Source of the DNA: Chiloscyllium plagiosum
Taxonomy: Eukaryota
Assembly (NCBI RefSeq): GCF_004010195.1
Contig: NC_057749.1
Location: forward strand, 16,080,854-16,102,471
DNA length: 21,618 bases
Direction: 5' to 3'
Shown here one piece after another: positions 20,180 through 21,618 of the stretch. The position numbers and the translations under genes are program-made. Within the stretch, counting starts at the first letter, position 1, and each line of letters opens with the position of its first letter. The notes beneath the pieces were generated by a model that saw only the letters and a program-made list of their open reading frames with translations, was not told the origin of the DNA and searched no databases.

Positions 20180-20748
20180 CATGTCCTAACCCACCTGTTT
20201 CCTTGTTTAACTATATTGGCTCCTAGTCCAGACTAACGTTTAAAATTCTCATCCTGCTTTTCAACTTCATGGTATTGCTCCTCCCCATCTCCACAGTCTC
20301 CTCCATCAGTACAACCCATTAAGATCAGTATGATCTTTCCATTCTAGTGTTATGTACAATCCTTATTTTAGTTTCTCCATCACTGTCACTGTGCCTTCAG
20401 CTCCTCGTCCCAAGGCTCTGAAATTCCATCTCTACCTCTCTTTCATTCCATTTTTAAAGATGCTCCTTAAAACTCTTTCTTCTACCAAGCTTTGATCACC
20501 AGTCCTAATATCTCTGTATACGGGGAGAAAGTGAGGATTGCAGATGCTGGAGATCAGAGCTGAAAATGTGCTGCTGGAAAAGCGCAGCAGGTCAGGCAGC
20601 ATCCAAGGAACAGGAGAATCGACGTTTCGGGCATAAGCCCTTCTTCAGGATATGGCCCCAGATCAAATTTTGCTTGATAACTCTCTGGTGAAGGACTGAG
20701 CAAAGCATTCCAATATCAAAAGTACCACATAAATGCAAGTTGGTGTTG
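20180..20748 (+). mobile_element. L2 LINE 3' end, interrupted by a PLE arm at 20524-20650
   Basis: Decayed L2 C-terminal coding (WL.V..., FKILILLF, AFS...PRL.NS, FKMLLKT.F..QA) and a 3' tail ataaatgcaagttggtgttg. Confidence 0.7.
20524..20650 (-). mobile_element. Single PLE terminal arm with an intact minimal hammerhead motif
   Basis: Near-identical to 3666-3779 and to the reverse complement of 16129-16255. The minus strand at 20621-20648 reads CTGAAGA-A-GGGC-TTAT-GCCC-GAAAC-GTC. Confidence 0.88.
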
Positions 20749-20759
20749 ACATAAGAAGA

Positions 20760-21618
20760 GGGGAACACCACCCCTGCTCATGACTCCACCCTCATTCCCC
20801 CACCACCACCACCTACTCCAGTTACCGGTTCCACCCCCACTCCCAGCTCCACACCCACACCAGATCCCAGCTCCCAGCCCTGCTGAGTTTTCACCATCCC
20901 GCCAGACCTTCCCCTCACTGAGGACAAATGATCAGTCCTCAACAAAGGACTCACCTTCATCCCCCTCCGTCCACGCATCAATGAATTTAATACACGCTGT
21001 GACGTCAAACACTGCCTCCGTGCTTACTTTCACAATCAGGACTCCCGCCCACCTTCCGAGGAACCCTTCGCCCACCTCCAATACACTGCATCCATCTGGA
21101 CACCCCATGCTGGCCTATTACCTGCCTTCGACTTCTTCATTTCCAACTGCCGTTGGGACATTAACTGCCTCAACCTGTCTACTCCCCTCCCCCACTCCAA
21201 CCTCTCACCCTCACAACTCGCAGCCCTCCAATCCCTCTGCTCCAATCCCGACCTCACCATCGAGCCTGCAGATAAAAGGGCCGCAGTGGTAGTCTGGCGC
21301 ACTGACCGCTACACTGCTGAAGCCAAACGCCAACTCGAGGACACCTCTTCCTACCGCCCCCTCGACAATGACCCCACCCCCCCATCACCAAACCATCATC
21401 TCCCAGACCATACAGAACCTCATCACCTCAGGAGATCTCCCACCCATAGCTTCCAACCTCAGTCCAGGAACCCCGCACTGCCCGGTTCTCCCTCCTTCAA
21501 AAGATCCACAATCGTGACCACCATGGCCGACCCAGTGTCTCAGCATGCTCCTGCCCCACTGAACTCATTTCTACCTACCTCGACACTGTCCTATCCCCTC
21601 TAGTCCAGGAACTCCCCA
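20760..21618 (+). mobile_element. Penelope-like retroelement ORF (N-terminal region and start of RT), decayed, runs off the right edge
   Basis: Across frames: VFTIPPDLPLTED.*SVLNKGLTFIP, LRAYFH, SNLSPSQLAALQSLCSNPDLTIEPADK-(G)-AVVVW..DRYTAEAKRQLED, and EPRTARFSLLQKIH...GRPSVSACSCPTELISTYLDTVLSPLVQELP. These are the L.KGL.F.P, DKG and PKIHK/GRPIVS motifs of PLE RTs, with stops and frameshifts. Confidence 0.9.

Noticed and set aside
20780..21292. 170-aa Pro/Ser/Thr-rich ORF
   Set aside because: An alternative frame of the C-rich Penelope coding strand; the PLE motifs are in other frames.
1..21618. CRISPR array, rRNA or operon-like system
   Set aside because: No regularly spaced repeat-spacer units, no rRNA-like sequence and no intact long ORFs. 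The window is eukaryotic intronic DNA.

Overview
Vertebrate genomic DNA, most likely from a cartilaginous fish (shark), judged from the repeat families: HE1/V-SINE-like tRNA SINEs, CR1 and L2 LINEs, Deu-domain SINE relics and Penelope-like elements. I can support one host exon, on the minus strand at 14540-14980. It has 300 nt of 5'UTR and 47 codons matching the N-terminus of the inositol-pyrophosphate kinase PPIP5K (closest to PPIP5K1). Everything to its left appears to be one intron of more than 14.5 kb, and everything to its right an upstream intron. The rest is decayed, often nested retroelements. Main points of interest: (1) short Penelope-derived hairpin elements with minimal hammerhead-ribozyme motifs on both strands and ~13-bp target-site duplications, plus a decayed Penelope RT at the window end; (2) five upstream ATGs in the PPIP5K exon, including a chain of ATGA stop-start overlaps ending on the main ATG, which sits in a perfect 16-bp palindrome fitting the RFX X-box consensus; (3) a Harbinger Myb/SANT gene relic; (4) a local ~150-bp duplication. 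All family assignments come from pattern recognition, not database searches.
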